DNA from: an uncultured bacterium
GTDB taxonomy: Bacteria; Patescibacteriota; Minisyncoccia; Phycocordibacterales; GWA1-40-21
Reading direction: 5' to 3'
DNA: 64,000 bases
NCBI GenBank assembly: GCA_903831595.1
Contig: CAIKXY010000004.1
Span: forward strand, 96,552-160,551
Part shown: positions 48,280 to 57,558 of the stretch, in pieces
Numbering within the stretch: the first letter of the stretch is position 1
Layout: the number at the start of each line of letters is the position of its first letter
Notes under the pieces: generated by a model
The model's database searches: none
What the model was told of the DNA's origin: nothing
Seen by the model: the letters and a program-made list of their open reading frames with translations, nothing else
Made by a program: the position numbers and the translations under genes

Positions 48280-51200
48280 TTATTTATAAAAAAAGAAAAC
48301 TGGAAAAATTGATTTGATCATTGAAAATAAAATATTTAAAAAATTTGGCACTTTATTTACTCCAACTGACGCTGTCATAATCAAATTATTTTTTGGACTA
48401 GTACTGGCATAACTGTATATGACAGGTGATACAATTCTCGCCTTTAAGCTCCGCGCAGCAAGCCCCCCATTTTTTACCTTATTATTTTTAGTTATGCTTT
48501 CCTCTATTTCTATCTTTTTTATATCTGAAAGGGTGGAGGTTGCAAAAATGGAAAGTGTTGACTTGCCAATAATTGTATCTAATATTGGAACAGTTGTGGT
48601 TGTATTTACAACTGATGGAATGTCGGGGGCAGCAATACTTGCTGGTAGACTTACACGACGTCTTGTATTTTTACTAATAACATTTATTATTCTTGAACTT
48701 GTAGCAATATTTCCGGAAGAATCCGTAACAATATAATCGAAATAGTATGTCCCAGGTTTTGTAATATCTAGATTTGTAGAAGTAGATATTAATGAAGTTA
48801 TTTCCCCGTTAACATTGTCGATTGCTTTAGCACCTAAATCAGCATAATCATCACCAACTATAATAGTAATTTGATTATCACCTAATAGTTTAAGAATTGG
48901 TGCCGTTGAATCCTGGCTATCGCTTGGCTCAATATAAAAATCTGTTATCCCATCTCCATTTGAATCTATCAACAAATTTGTCGAGGTAGAACTTGTTGCA
49001 TCAAACATTTCTGATGAAACCTTTATCTCTCCTGTAGTATTTTTTGTAGATGAAATATTTGTGTATCGTCTTCTTTTTAAAACAATACCGTCACTTGAAA
49101 CAACTTTTGTTTCAAGTGAGAAAACAGCGTCTTCTGTCCCCTTCAATTTGACTGTGTAATCTTCCCCTTCATTTAAAAAAACATTTGTACTATCACCAAC
49201 ATTTATATAACGACTTCCAGGTATATTTTCTTCCGCAACTTCTAAATCTGAATCCGGAAGTGGGTTTATCACCATACCTGTATATTCATTTTTTGCACTA
49301 TATACACCTAAACGTACTGGTGAATGTAGTGATAATTCCAATATTTTGTCTGTTGAGGTTGGTTTTTCTTTAGTGATGTATTCTGGCAAAATATCGTTTA
49401 AATTTAATACTATATTATTTACAAAATTTATCGTTGAAGTAGCTTCAAAAATATTTGTATGTGCCAAACTAATACCCGAATCTTTTTTTATTTTTTTTAA
49501 ATCTAAATAATATTTTTCAGCAGAATCAATTGTTGTGGCGCTTGGTACTACAACTGTACTATCTCCATCTTCCGTAACAATTGGATTCCTGTCCATAGTC
49601 TTTTTTGGTTTAAAACAAAAAATAAAACCAATTTCACAAACGTCATTTGCAAAATACTCTATTCCACTTACGGTTTTTATTCCCCAACCAGCAAGTTGGG
49701 TGACTTTTATATTTGAGGGCGGTAACCAATTATCAAGAACTGTGTGATTATCTTCTGCAATTTGAAGTAAATTTGATTTCAAAACATTCGGAGTAATAGT
49801 ATCACTATTCGCTGGCTCTTTCCTACCATCTACACCCAAAAGAAAATCTTTAAGCTCCATATAATTATCTATGATATTATTGTATTTTTCTCTTAAATTA
49901 TTAATATCATCAACAGATTCATCAAATTTAATAACTGGTGACGCAACTTTTGTAAAATATTCATTCTGTGGTAATAAATTGTAAGCCCCCATCATATTTT
50001 CACCCAAAGTTCTTGCTGTAGGTTTATTTAAAAAATAATACAAATCCTTAAGCGCAATTATTTCTTGCCCATCTCCGTGAAGCATAGCAGAAATGGCGCT
50101 TGGGGTACCAAGTTGTGGCGCGGCAACCATTACTAAATTATCAATTAAATTATCTTTGCCACGTTTTTTTAATTCGTTTATTAATACCTTTGCTAAAAGT
50201 CCACCATTACTGTGAGTAACAATTGCGACTTTTCCTGTCTGAGAGGAACTAGACATTTTTATAACTTCATCGATAAAATTTAGTCTTGAACCATCTTCAA
50301 GTAAAACTCCATCAGTAATTATTTTATTTAAATCATATCTCCAATCGTATGGTATAGCTTCCCAATCATTAATTTTTTTATCAGCAACCAAATCATCAAG
50401 CGAATTGGCAAAACTTTTGTAAACATTTTCATCCCAAATTCCAAGACCAATATTTGATCGTTTTATTATGTCTCTCGTATAAACGTTTTGGTTTATACTG
50501 TTCCCCGAATCATCCAAATATAATTTTTGTACATCAGCATTGCGATTTGGCTCCCAAAGTTGATTTTCGAAAAGTAATCCTTTTGTGTACAATCTACTTC
50601 CTTCAAGACCTGGAATAAAAATCACGTTTGAACAACATTTTGGTTTATCATCCGGCACAGATATCAGCCATGGCTGATATTCAACATTCGAGGAAACTTT
50701 ATTTGCAGTGCCCGAAGCATTTGTTTCAGTGTTGAATGGACCACTGGCATCTCCCCACCAATTATTAGTGGCTTTTATTTTTGGCATTTCGTGCCAATCA
50801 GAAAAAATGTCTAAGTATGAAGACAAATTTTTAATTCCAAATAATGTATTATTTTTTATCGTACTATGATTAATTTCTACATTTGCTCCGCGGCTATTTA
50901 TACCATTATTGTTCAAAGAGATTTCACTATCCGATATATTGACAACTGGATAATCATAAACCTGTATTCCATCTTTAGCAAAATTTTTAATTATTGTTTT
51001 TATAATATTTACTTCAACATTTTTATAAATTATTAAACCAGAAGCATTTCCATAACTTATAATTGAATTGTAGATATTTAATGTGGTTGTCGCGTAACTA
51101 TTGTTATCTGCACCAAATATTTCAATTGCTGCTTGATATTTATCGTTAATAGTATTTTTTAATAATGAATCAGAAAAGTTTAACCGGCTTCCATAATATA

Positions 51201-52098
51201 CTTCAAAAACTGTATTCGCAGAAATATTGTTGATACTTGAACTAGCAATATTTGCTGAACTATTAAAATACACCTGAAAAGCAGACCACCAGCCATTTGG
51301 CATATTTTCTATATTGGTATTGGTTATGTCCACAAAGCTATCTTCGGCAACTTCAGCTACATAATCCCCATTAACATTTAATATATTTGTATTGGTGATT
51401 TTTGCATGGCTACTATTAAATATCCCAAATAAACTATCAACATTATTAATAAATGAATCACTTATATCTATTGAGCTATTGTCGTATAGAACAAAATTAT
51501 GACTCCAACCACGGCTTTCGCCTATATTTTTTATATTAGAATGATTTATGTCAACCCTGCTATCTATAATGCCCGCAACACTTTGACAATTAACGATATC
51601 CGAATTAATTATGCTTCCTGTGGAATGATGGTAAATAAAAGCAATCTCTGCAAAAGAAACAACGACATTGTCTATTTCTGCAATTCCGCCATCATCAACT
51701 TCAATACCAGACCAGTCAGAATCTGACGGAAAAATTAGCCCTTCATCTGAACCAACATCTCCACCAACAGAGTCATCGTCAATCGATGTAAAATATACTT
51801 TTTCAGCATCAGAAATACCATTAGCAAAAAGTTTTCCAGAAATTATTATTGACTGACCATAATCAAATTTAACTACAACGCCAGGATTGATGTTTAAAGT
51901 TACACCGGCAGCAACTGTTAGATCTGAAGTGCTGTCTGGAGAAGCATAAATAACGTATGGGCTTCCCTCCGCAGTCCAAGTTGTATCTTCTGAAATCACA
52001 CCACCATAAATATCAGTCTCCGCATGAACAAAGCTAAAACAAAAGCAAAATAATAAAATAAATATTGCACACAGGTAATATTCACTAGTTTTTTTCAT
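48280..52098 (-). CDS. giant secreted/surface protein (1272 aa): N-terminal parallel beta-helix repeats, central alpha/beta-hydrolase lipase-like domain, Ig-like domain, C-terminal TM anchor
   Basis: Signal peptide; Asn/Ser-rich ~22-aa beta-helix repeats; GxSxG as THSNGG within a PGAP1/LCAT-like region; DNVNGEITS..DYIVTDSSGN Ig-like segment; C-terminal hydrophobic tail. Confidence 0.8.
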   Translation of the reverse strand: MKKTSEYYLCAIFILLFCFCFSFVHAETDIYGGVISEDTTWTAEGSPYVIYASPDSTSDLTVAAGVTLNINPGVVVKFDYGQSIIISGKLFANGISDAEKVYFTSIDDDSVGGDVGSDEGLIFPSDSDWSGIEVDDGGIAEIDNVVVSFAEIAFIYHHSTGSIINSDIVNCQSVAGIIDSRVDINHSNIKNIGESRGWSHNFVLYDNSSIDISDSFINNVDSLFGIFNSSHAKITNTNILNVNGDYVAEVAEDSFVDITNTNIENMPNGWWSAFQVYFNSSANIASSSINNISANTVFEVYYGSRLNFSDSLLKNTINDKYQAAIEIFGADNNSYATTTLNIYNSIISYGNASGLIIYKNVEVNIIKTIIKNFAKDGIQVYDYPVVNISDSEISLNNNGINSRGANVEINHSTIKNNTLFGIKNLSSYLDIFSDWHEMPKIKATNNWWGDASGPFNTETNASGTANKVSSNVEYQPWLISVPDDKPKCCSNVIFIPGLEGSRLYTKGLLFENQLWEPNRNADVQKLYLDDSGNSINQNVYTRDIIKRSNIGLGIWDENVYKSFANSLDDLVADKKINDWEAIPYDWRYDLNKIITDGVLLEDGSRLNFIDEVIKMSSSSQTGKVAIVTHSNGGLLAKVLINELKKRGKDNLIDNLVMVAAPQLGTPSAISAMLHGDGQEIIALKDLYYFLNKPTARTLGENMMGAYNLLPQNEYFTKVASPVIKFDESVDDINNLREKYNNIIDNYMELKDFLLGVDGRKEPANSDTITPNVLKSNLLQIAEDNHTVLDNWLPPSNIKVTQLAGWGIKTVSGIEYFANDVCEIGFIFCFKPKKTMDRNPIVTEDGDSTVVVPSATTIDSAEKYYLDLKKIKKDSGISLAHTNIFEATSTINFVNNIVLNLNDILPEYITKEKPTSTDKILELSLHSPVRLGVYSAKNEYTGMVINPLPDSDLEVAEENIPGSRYINVGDSTNVFLNEGEDYTVKLKGTEDAVFSLETKVVSSDGIVLKRRRYTNISSTKNTTGEIKVSSEMFDATSSTSTNLLIDSNGDGITDFYIEPSDSQDSTAPILKLLGDNQITIIVGDDYADLGAKAIDNVNGEITSLISTSTNLDITKPGTYYFDYIVTDSSGNIATSSRIINVISKNTRRRVSLPASIAAPDIPSVVNTTTTVPILDTIIGKSTLSIFATSTLSDIKKIEIEESITKNNKVKNGGLAARSLKARIVSPVIYSYASTSPKNNLIMTASVGVNKVPNFLNILFSMIKSIFPVFFFYK

Positions 52099-52185
52099 TA
52101 AAAAAATAATTTATTTGGAAATAAAAAACAATTCGAAAAATATAATAACACGAAGTCTAATAATATTTAAAATGTGGATAACTTC

Positions 52186-52250
52186 TTCCCCGAGGCTCCA
52201 CCTCGGGGAAAATAAAAAGACCCGCTTCGTGTAAAACGAAGCGGGCCCGA
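52186..52250 (-). terminator. tandem intrinsic terminators (CCCCGAGG-CTCCA-CCTCGGGG and CCCGCTTCG-TGTAAAA-CGAAGCGGG)
   Basis: Two perfect GC hairpins 3' of the 52252-52869 gene. Confidence 0.75.
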
Positions 52251-52251
52251 C

Positions 52252-52869
52252 TTAAGTCTTTCTTATCTTTCTGTTTACCCTGATCGGAGTAAACATCTTG
52301 ATAAGCCATGCTTTTGTCATGCAAGCCACCACATAAGCGATAACTGGAAAGACAAAAGAACAAATTGTTAATATTACTCCTGGCAATAGTCCAGAAAAAA
52401 AACCGGCACCAGCGAATACTCCAATGACTAATCCCGATACTCCGCCAATTCCTTTTTCTAGAACCTCTGCGAGGTCGCTCTTTGTCGCAAGTCCAGATAG
52501 TGTGCTTAGAATCACTAAAAAAATTAACATAGGAACAATCCCTATTTGGGCTCCGATGTACCCTCCGGCAAACAACCCAACTATAAGGCCAGCTTTTAAG
52601 GGCCGCCACACATCCTCTAGGCGCGTTTTCAAAAGATAATACACCGTAATAGCAATCGGGAGAATCATTAAATCCGCCCAACGGCTTATCTCAAAACTCA
52701 AGTTGAACCAGTAATGATAATGGTTTTCACCTGTGTTTCTAAGTACCCTTCCTACTGTAGGCATACCATAATCAGTTCCAACAAATCTCTCAAGCCACAA
52801 CAGGTGCACTAAGACTACAATTGCCATTTTCTCCAGCCAGTCAATTATATCGTTTTTCGTCTCAAGCAT
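52252..52869 (-). CDS. hypothetical Gly-rich multi-TM membrane protein in a GC-elevated segment
   Basis: 205-aa ORF with hydrophobic helices and glycine-zipper-like GxxxG runs; GC visibly higher than in neighbouring genes. Confidence 0.5.
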   Translation of the reverse strand: MLETKNDIIDWLEKMAIVVLVHLLWLERFVGTDYGMPTVGRVLRNTGENHYHYWFNLSFEISRWADLMILPIAITVYYLLKTRLEDVWRPLKAGLIVGLFAGGYIGAQIGIVPMLIFLVILSTLSGLATKSDLAEVLEKGIGGVSGLVIGVFAGAGFFSGLLPGVILTICSFVFPVIAYVVACMTKAWLIKMFTPIRVNRKIRKT

Positions 52870-52990
52870 TTATTACCCCCTTTTAATTGGATTTTGGAAT
52901 TTTGTTGGTTTTATTAAACTAATTTTTAGTGTCCTCCTGACCAATTTATACAGGTATTTTGTGATTTTGTCAATATAAAACAGCGGGTTG

Positions 52991-53290
52991 TTAATCCGCT
53001 GTTTTTAAAAGACCGTGCGAGTGATTGATAATAAACGCACGAGTTACCATCCCTATCGAACAAAATATAAAAAAGATTGACACATAGGGCAATAACTCCC
53101 GACCTAGTACTTCGAAAAGAATAAATCCTACAAGTCCAACAACTGTTGCAGCTGCATAAACTTTTTCTTCTGATGTGGTTTTGTTTATTATTGATTTTTT
53201 TAAAAACAAATCAATGATTACAACACCAATTACCACACCTAATACCGCGAAACAAATAAAACAAACTAAGTCAGACTCTATTCTTACCAT
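52991..53290 (-). CDS. hypothetical small membrane protein (99 aa)
   Basis: Three predicted TM helices; RBS AGGAGG upstream. Confidence 0.4.
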   Translation of the reverse strand: MVRIESDLVCFICFAVLGVVIGVVIIDLFLKKSIINKTTSEEKVYAAATVVGLVGFILFEVLGRELLPYVSIFFIFCSIGMVTRAFIINHSHGLLKTAD

Positions 53291-53580
53291 ACATCCTCCT
53301 TTGGATGAGCAAATAAAAAAATATTCTCATTTATGAGAATAAAAACATTTCGTAGACTATATAACATATAGTACTAAATGTCAATAGTATTTATATTTGT
53401 GATCCTTTTTCGTCCATATTTATAATAATTGTACTCTAAATAATTGTTAAGTAAAGTAAGATAAATATAATTTTGTGGGGCGTTTTTGCAAAGCAAAATT
53501 GCTCAATTATCATTTTTCACATTATCATTATTAGCATGTCAATGCAGATTTTTTGAAAAAAATTTTGTATAATGTAGCAA

Positions 53581-53588
53581 TAACTTAT
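53581..53588 (+). promoter_or_regulatory. extended -10 promoter element TGTATAAT, upstream of ppdK
   Basis: TGnTATAAT match ~80 nt upstream of the ppdK ATG. Confidence 0.45.
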
Positions 53589-53667
53589 TGTTAAGTGCAA
53601 ATGAGTTAAAAACACCTAAAAGGATGTTTTTTAATTTGTTAATTTTATTAGAGTTAATTATAAAAAA

Positions 53668-56331
53668 ATGGCAAAAAACAAAAAATACGTTTATGCATTT
53701 GAGGAAGGAAACAAGGATATGAAAGAAATCCTTGGAGGAAAAGGTGCGAACTTAGCAGAAATGAAAAATTTGGGAATCAATGTTCCCCCAGGTTTTACTA
53801 TCAGTACTGAAGCCTGTGCACTTTATTATGAAGTCGGCAAAAAAATAAATGCTGAAGTAAAAAAACAGACAGATATTAAACTTGCACAGCTTGAAAAGAA
53901 AATGGGAAAGAAGCTTGGAGATGCAAATGATCCCCTTCTAGTCTCCGTTCGCTCTGGTGCTTTCGCATCAATGCCTGGAATGATGGATACCATTTTGAAT
54001 CTTGGTTTAAATGACAAATCAGTTGTAGGACTTGCAAAAATCACAAACAATCCTCGCTTCGCGTGGGATTCATATAGAAGACTTATTCAGATGTTTGGAA
54101 ACGTTGTTATGGAAATGGGACATGGAGATTTTGAACACATTTTGGAATCTGTAAAAGATACAAAAGGTGCAAAATATGACACAGACCTTACAGCCGACGA
54201 TTTGAAAGAAATTGTTACAAAATACAAAGCAAAAATAAAAGCTGTCAAAGGAGTAGAATTTCCACAAGACCCTATCAAACAGATGTATTTGGCTATTAAC
54301 GCCGTTTTTAATTCTTGGAACAACTATCGCGCTATAAGATACAGAGAAATAAATAGCATCAAAGGACTTATCGGAACTGCTGTAAATATTCAAGCAATGG
54401 TCTTCGGAAATCTTGGAGATGATTCTGGAACAGGTGTATGCTTTACAAGAAATCCTTCAACAGGAGAAGCAAAATTCTACGGAGAATATTTGATGAACGC
54501 ACAAGGAGAAGATGTAGTCGCTGGTATCAGAACTCCCCTTTCTGTAGCAACATTGGCAAAAGCAAATCCAAAAATTTATAAAGAACTTGTCAGTATTTGT
54601 AATAAAGTTGAAAAACATTACAAAGATATGCAAGATATGGAATTTACAATTGAAAGAGGTGTGCTTTATATTCTTCAAGCAAGAAATGGTAAAAGAACTG
54701 CAGCCGCTTCTGTAAAAATCGCCGTTGACTTAGTAAAAGAAAAACTTATTTCACTCGAAACAGCACTTTTGAGAATTGACCCAAACCAATTAAACCAACT
54801 CCTACACAAACAGCTAGACCCAATCGCCGTTTCAAAAGCAAGAGTCATTGCACAAGGACTTCCAGCTTCTCCAGGAGCAGCTGTCGGAGAAGTAGTATTT
54901 ACTGCAGGTGAAGCGTTTGCAAAAGCGAAATCAGGTCTTGATGTAATTCTTGTTAGAACAGAAACATCACCAGAAGATATTGACGGTATGCACTCATCAA
55001 AAGGAATTTTGACAGCAAGAGGTGGTATGACAAGCCATGCTGCTGTGGTTGCACGAGGTATGGGAACATGCTGTGTGGCAGGTTGCGCAGATATTTCAAT
55101 CGATGAAAAAGCAAAGACACTTACAATAAAAAGCCAAGGGATTGTGATTAAAGAAGGAGAATTTATTTCTCTTGATGGTTCAACAGGAAAAGTTTATGAA
55201 GGAAAACTCGGAACGCAAGATGCATCATTGCTTGGAAACTTTGGAACTCTGATGAATTGGTCAGACAAATTTAGAAAAATTGGCGTGCGAACAAATGCAG
55301 ACACACCTCACGATGCACAAGTTGCTAGAAAATTTGGTGCAGAAGGTATTGGACTTTGCAGAACTGAACACATGTTTTTTGAAGGTGCTCGTATAAAAGC
55401 GGTTCGCGAAATGATACTTGCAGGCGATCTTGAAGCTAGAAAAAAAGCATTGGCAAAACTTTATCCATATCAGAAAGGAGATTTTGCTGGATTATTTGAA
55501 GCCATGGACGGTCTTGCAGTTACTATCAGACTATTAGATGCACCACTTCATGAATTCTTACCAAAAGAAAAGAAAGATATTGAGGAACTTTCAAAAGAAA
55601 TGAGAGTTGATGTAAAAACACTTGAAGCAAAGATTGAAGACCTACATGAATTCAATCCTATGCTTGGACACCGAGGTTGCAGACTTGCTATCACCTATCC
55701 TGAAATTTACGATATGCAAGCAATGGCAATCATTGATGCTGCAATTGAAGTAAAGAAAAACAAAAAAGCAAAGTCAGTCAAGCCAGAAATAATGATTCCT
55801 ATTGTTGCCACAACAAAAGAATTCTCAATCTTAAAAGATAGAATTGTAAAAATTGTTGAAGCAAAAATAAAAGAATCAAAAGTGAAAATTGAATATAAGA
55901 TCGGAACAATGATTGAAGTTCCACGTGCGGCTTTGATTGCAGATAAGATTGTAAATGCTGGTGCAGAGTTCTTCTCATTTGGAACAAACGATCTTACACA
56001 AATGGGAGCTGGACTTTCAAGAGATGATGCTGGTAAATTCTTAAAAGAATATGTTGCTCAAGATATTTTCGCTTATGATCCATTTGAAGTTTTGGACCAA
56101 GAAGGTATCGGCCAACTTATTAAAATCGCTATACAAAAAGGTAGGAGTATAAAGAAAGATTTGAAAGTTGGTATTTGTGGAGAACATGGTGGAGAGCCAA
56201 AAACAGTTGAATTCTGTCACAGGGAAGGATTAAATTATGTTTCTTGCTCACCATTTAGAGTACCAATCGCAAGACTCGCAGGAGCTCAAGCGGTAGTGAG
56301 AGAATTATTGAACAAAAAAGGAAAAAAATAA
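53668..56331 (+). CDS. ppdK: pyruvate, phosphate dikinase
   Basis: N-terminal EILGGKGANLAEM, catalytic His region GGMTSHAAVVARG, C-terminal PEP/pyruvate-binding domain; 887 aa. Confidence 0.95.
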   Translation: MAKNKKYVYAFEEGNKDMKEILGGKGANLAEMKNLGINVPPGFTISTEACALYYEVGKKINAEVKKQTDIKLAQLEKKMGKKLGDANDPLLVSVRSGAFASMPGMMDTILNLGLNDKSVVGLAKITNNPRFAWDSYRRLIQMFGNVVMEMGHGDFEHILESVKDTKGAKYDTDLTADDLKEIVTKYKAKIKAVKGVEFPQDPIKQMYLAINAVFNSWNNYRAIRYREINSIKGLIGTAVNIQAMVFGNLGDDSGTGVCFTRNPSTGEAKFYGEYLMNAQGEDVVAGIRTPLSVATLAKANPKIYKELVSICNKVEKHYKDMQDMEFTIERGVLYILQARNGKRTAAASVKIAVDLVKEKLISLETALLRIDPNQLNQLLHKQLDPIAVSKARVIAQGLPASPGAAVGEVVFTAGEAFAKAKSGLDVILVRTETSPEDIDGMHSSKGILTARGGMTSHAAVVARGMGTCCVAGCADISIDEKAKTLTIKSQGIVIKEGEFISLDGSTGKVYEGKLGTQDASLLGNFGTLMNWSDKFRKIGVRTNADTPHDAQVARKFGAEGIGLCRTEHMFFEGARIKAVREMILAGDLEARKKALAKLYPYQKGDFAGLFEAMDGLAVTIRLLDAPLHEFLPKEKKDIEELSKEMRVDVKTLEAKIEDLHEFNPMLGHRGCRLAITYPEIYDMQAMAIIDAAIEVKKNKKAKSVKPEIMIPIVATTKEFSILKDRIVKIVEAKIKESKVKIEYKIGTMIEVPRAALIADKIVNAGAEFFSFGTNDLTQMGAGLSRDDAGKFLKEYVAQDIFAYDPFEVLDQEGIGQLIKIAIQKGRSIKKDLKVGICGEHGGEPKTVEFCHREGLNYVSCSPFRVPIARLAGAQAVVRELLNKKGKK

Positions 56332-56337
56332 ATTAGA

Positions 56338-56376
56338 AAAAAAGAGCGGCGCCATAGGCGCCGCTCTTTTATTTTA
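56338..56376. terminator. bidirectional terminator (GAGCGGCGCC-ATAG-GGCGCCGCTC) between convergent ppdK and ackA
   Basis: 10-bp GC stem with A/T tracts on both sides. Confidence 0.75.
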
Positions 56377-57555
56377 TTATACCTTTTGCATATCTTTAGC
56401 CATCTGATTTATCTCATCAGTACAAACTACCAATACTTTTACTGGAGAGAAAAATGAACTTATTTTTCTATCAACACTTACTGTTTTATTGTTTTTCTTT
56501 TTACTGAGTTTGATACCAAGATATTCTAAATCTTTACAAATTCTTTCTCTCATAATAAATGACCTCTCACCTATCGTGCCTGAAAATACCAAAGTATCGA
56601 TTCCTCCCATTTCTGCAACGTAAGCACCAATATATTTTTTAATACTCATCACAAATTTTTCCAATGCCAATTCAGCGTCTTTGTCGCCCTTTGATTCAAG
56701 GACTAACAAATCACGAACGTCAGAGCTTTTGCCACCAGACAACCCTAGAAGACCACATTCATTATTGAAATATGCCTCAAGTTCAGTGATATCTTTGCCC
56801 AATTTCTGTCCTAGATACATAACAGCGACTGGGTCAATATCTCCAACTCTTGTAGACATGACAAGACCCTGTAGTGGTGTATAACCCATTGAAGTATCAA
56901 AACTTTTGCCATCCTTCAGGGCTACAACACTTAGTCCTCCACCGAGGTGACAAATTATAATTTTTTCAGAAATTTTGCCATTATTTTTCAATTTATTAAC
57001 AATGGATTTTACGGAAATTCCATGATAACCAAAATGATAAATGTCTAATTCTTTTGCAACATTTTTTGGAATAGCATAATTCTTTGCAAAATCAGGAATA
57101 TTTTTATGAAATGAACTATCTGAAATACCAACAATCTGAGTATTAGGAAATATTTTCTTTATTTCTTTTATTTCTTTCAGCGTGGTTGGAACATGGCGCG
57201 GAGCTTCTTCCTTTTCTTCCGTAATTTTCTCAACAAACCCTTCGTCAATAATTCTGTTTGACTGAAAATATGTCCCTGGAGAAACTATTCTTATGCTTAT
57301 TGAAGAAATATCTTCTTTACTTTCAATAATTTTATTATTTATTGCTTCTTGAATAAAATAATCCAAAGAATTATTAAATATCTCGTCATCTATTTTTATT
57401 GTTGTTGGTTTATTTTTGTTACCATCTGAATAAAAAGTTACGATTGCTTTACCAGTCTCTATTTCAAAATGACCAAAAAATAATTCTGATTTTTCATCAT
57501 AAATTGCGTATTTTGCCGAAACTGAACCTGTATTTACAATTAAATATTTTTTCAT
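56377..57555 (-). CDS. ackA: acetate kinase
   Basis: N-terminal LVNTGSVSAKYAIYD and HLGGGLSV motifs; 392 aa. Confidence 0.9.
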   Translation of the reverse strand: MKKYLIVNTGSVSAKYAIYDEKSELFFGHFEIETGKAIVTFYSDGNKNKPTTIKIDDEIFNNSLDYFIQEAINNKIIESKEDISSISIRIVSPGTYFQSNRIIDEGFVEKITEEKEEAPRHVPTTLKEIKEIKKIFPNTQIVGISDSSFHKNIPDFAKNYAIPKNVAKELDIYHFGYHGISVKSIVNKLKNNGKISEKIIICHLGGGLSVVALKDGKSFDTSMGYTPLQGLVMSTRVGDIDPVAVMYLGQKLGKDITELEAYFNNECGLLGLSGGKSSDVRDLLVLESKGDKDAELALEKFVMSIKKYIGAYVAEMGGIDTLVFSGTIGERSFIMRERICKDLEYLGIKLSKKKNNKTVSVDRKISSFFSPVKVLVVCTDEINQMAKDMQKV

Positions 57556-57558
57556 ATT

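Noticed and set aside
52157-52681. 174-aa ORF overlapping the 205-aa membrane protein gene
   Set aside because: It is out of frame with and overlaps the better ORF. Its Arg/Cys/Trp-rich composition is typical of a spurious frame in GC-rich DNA.
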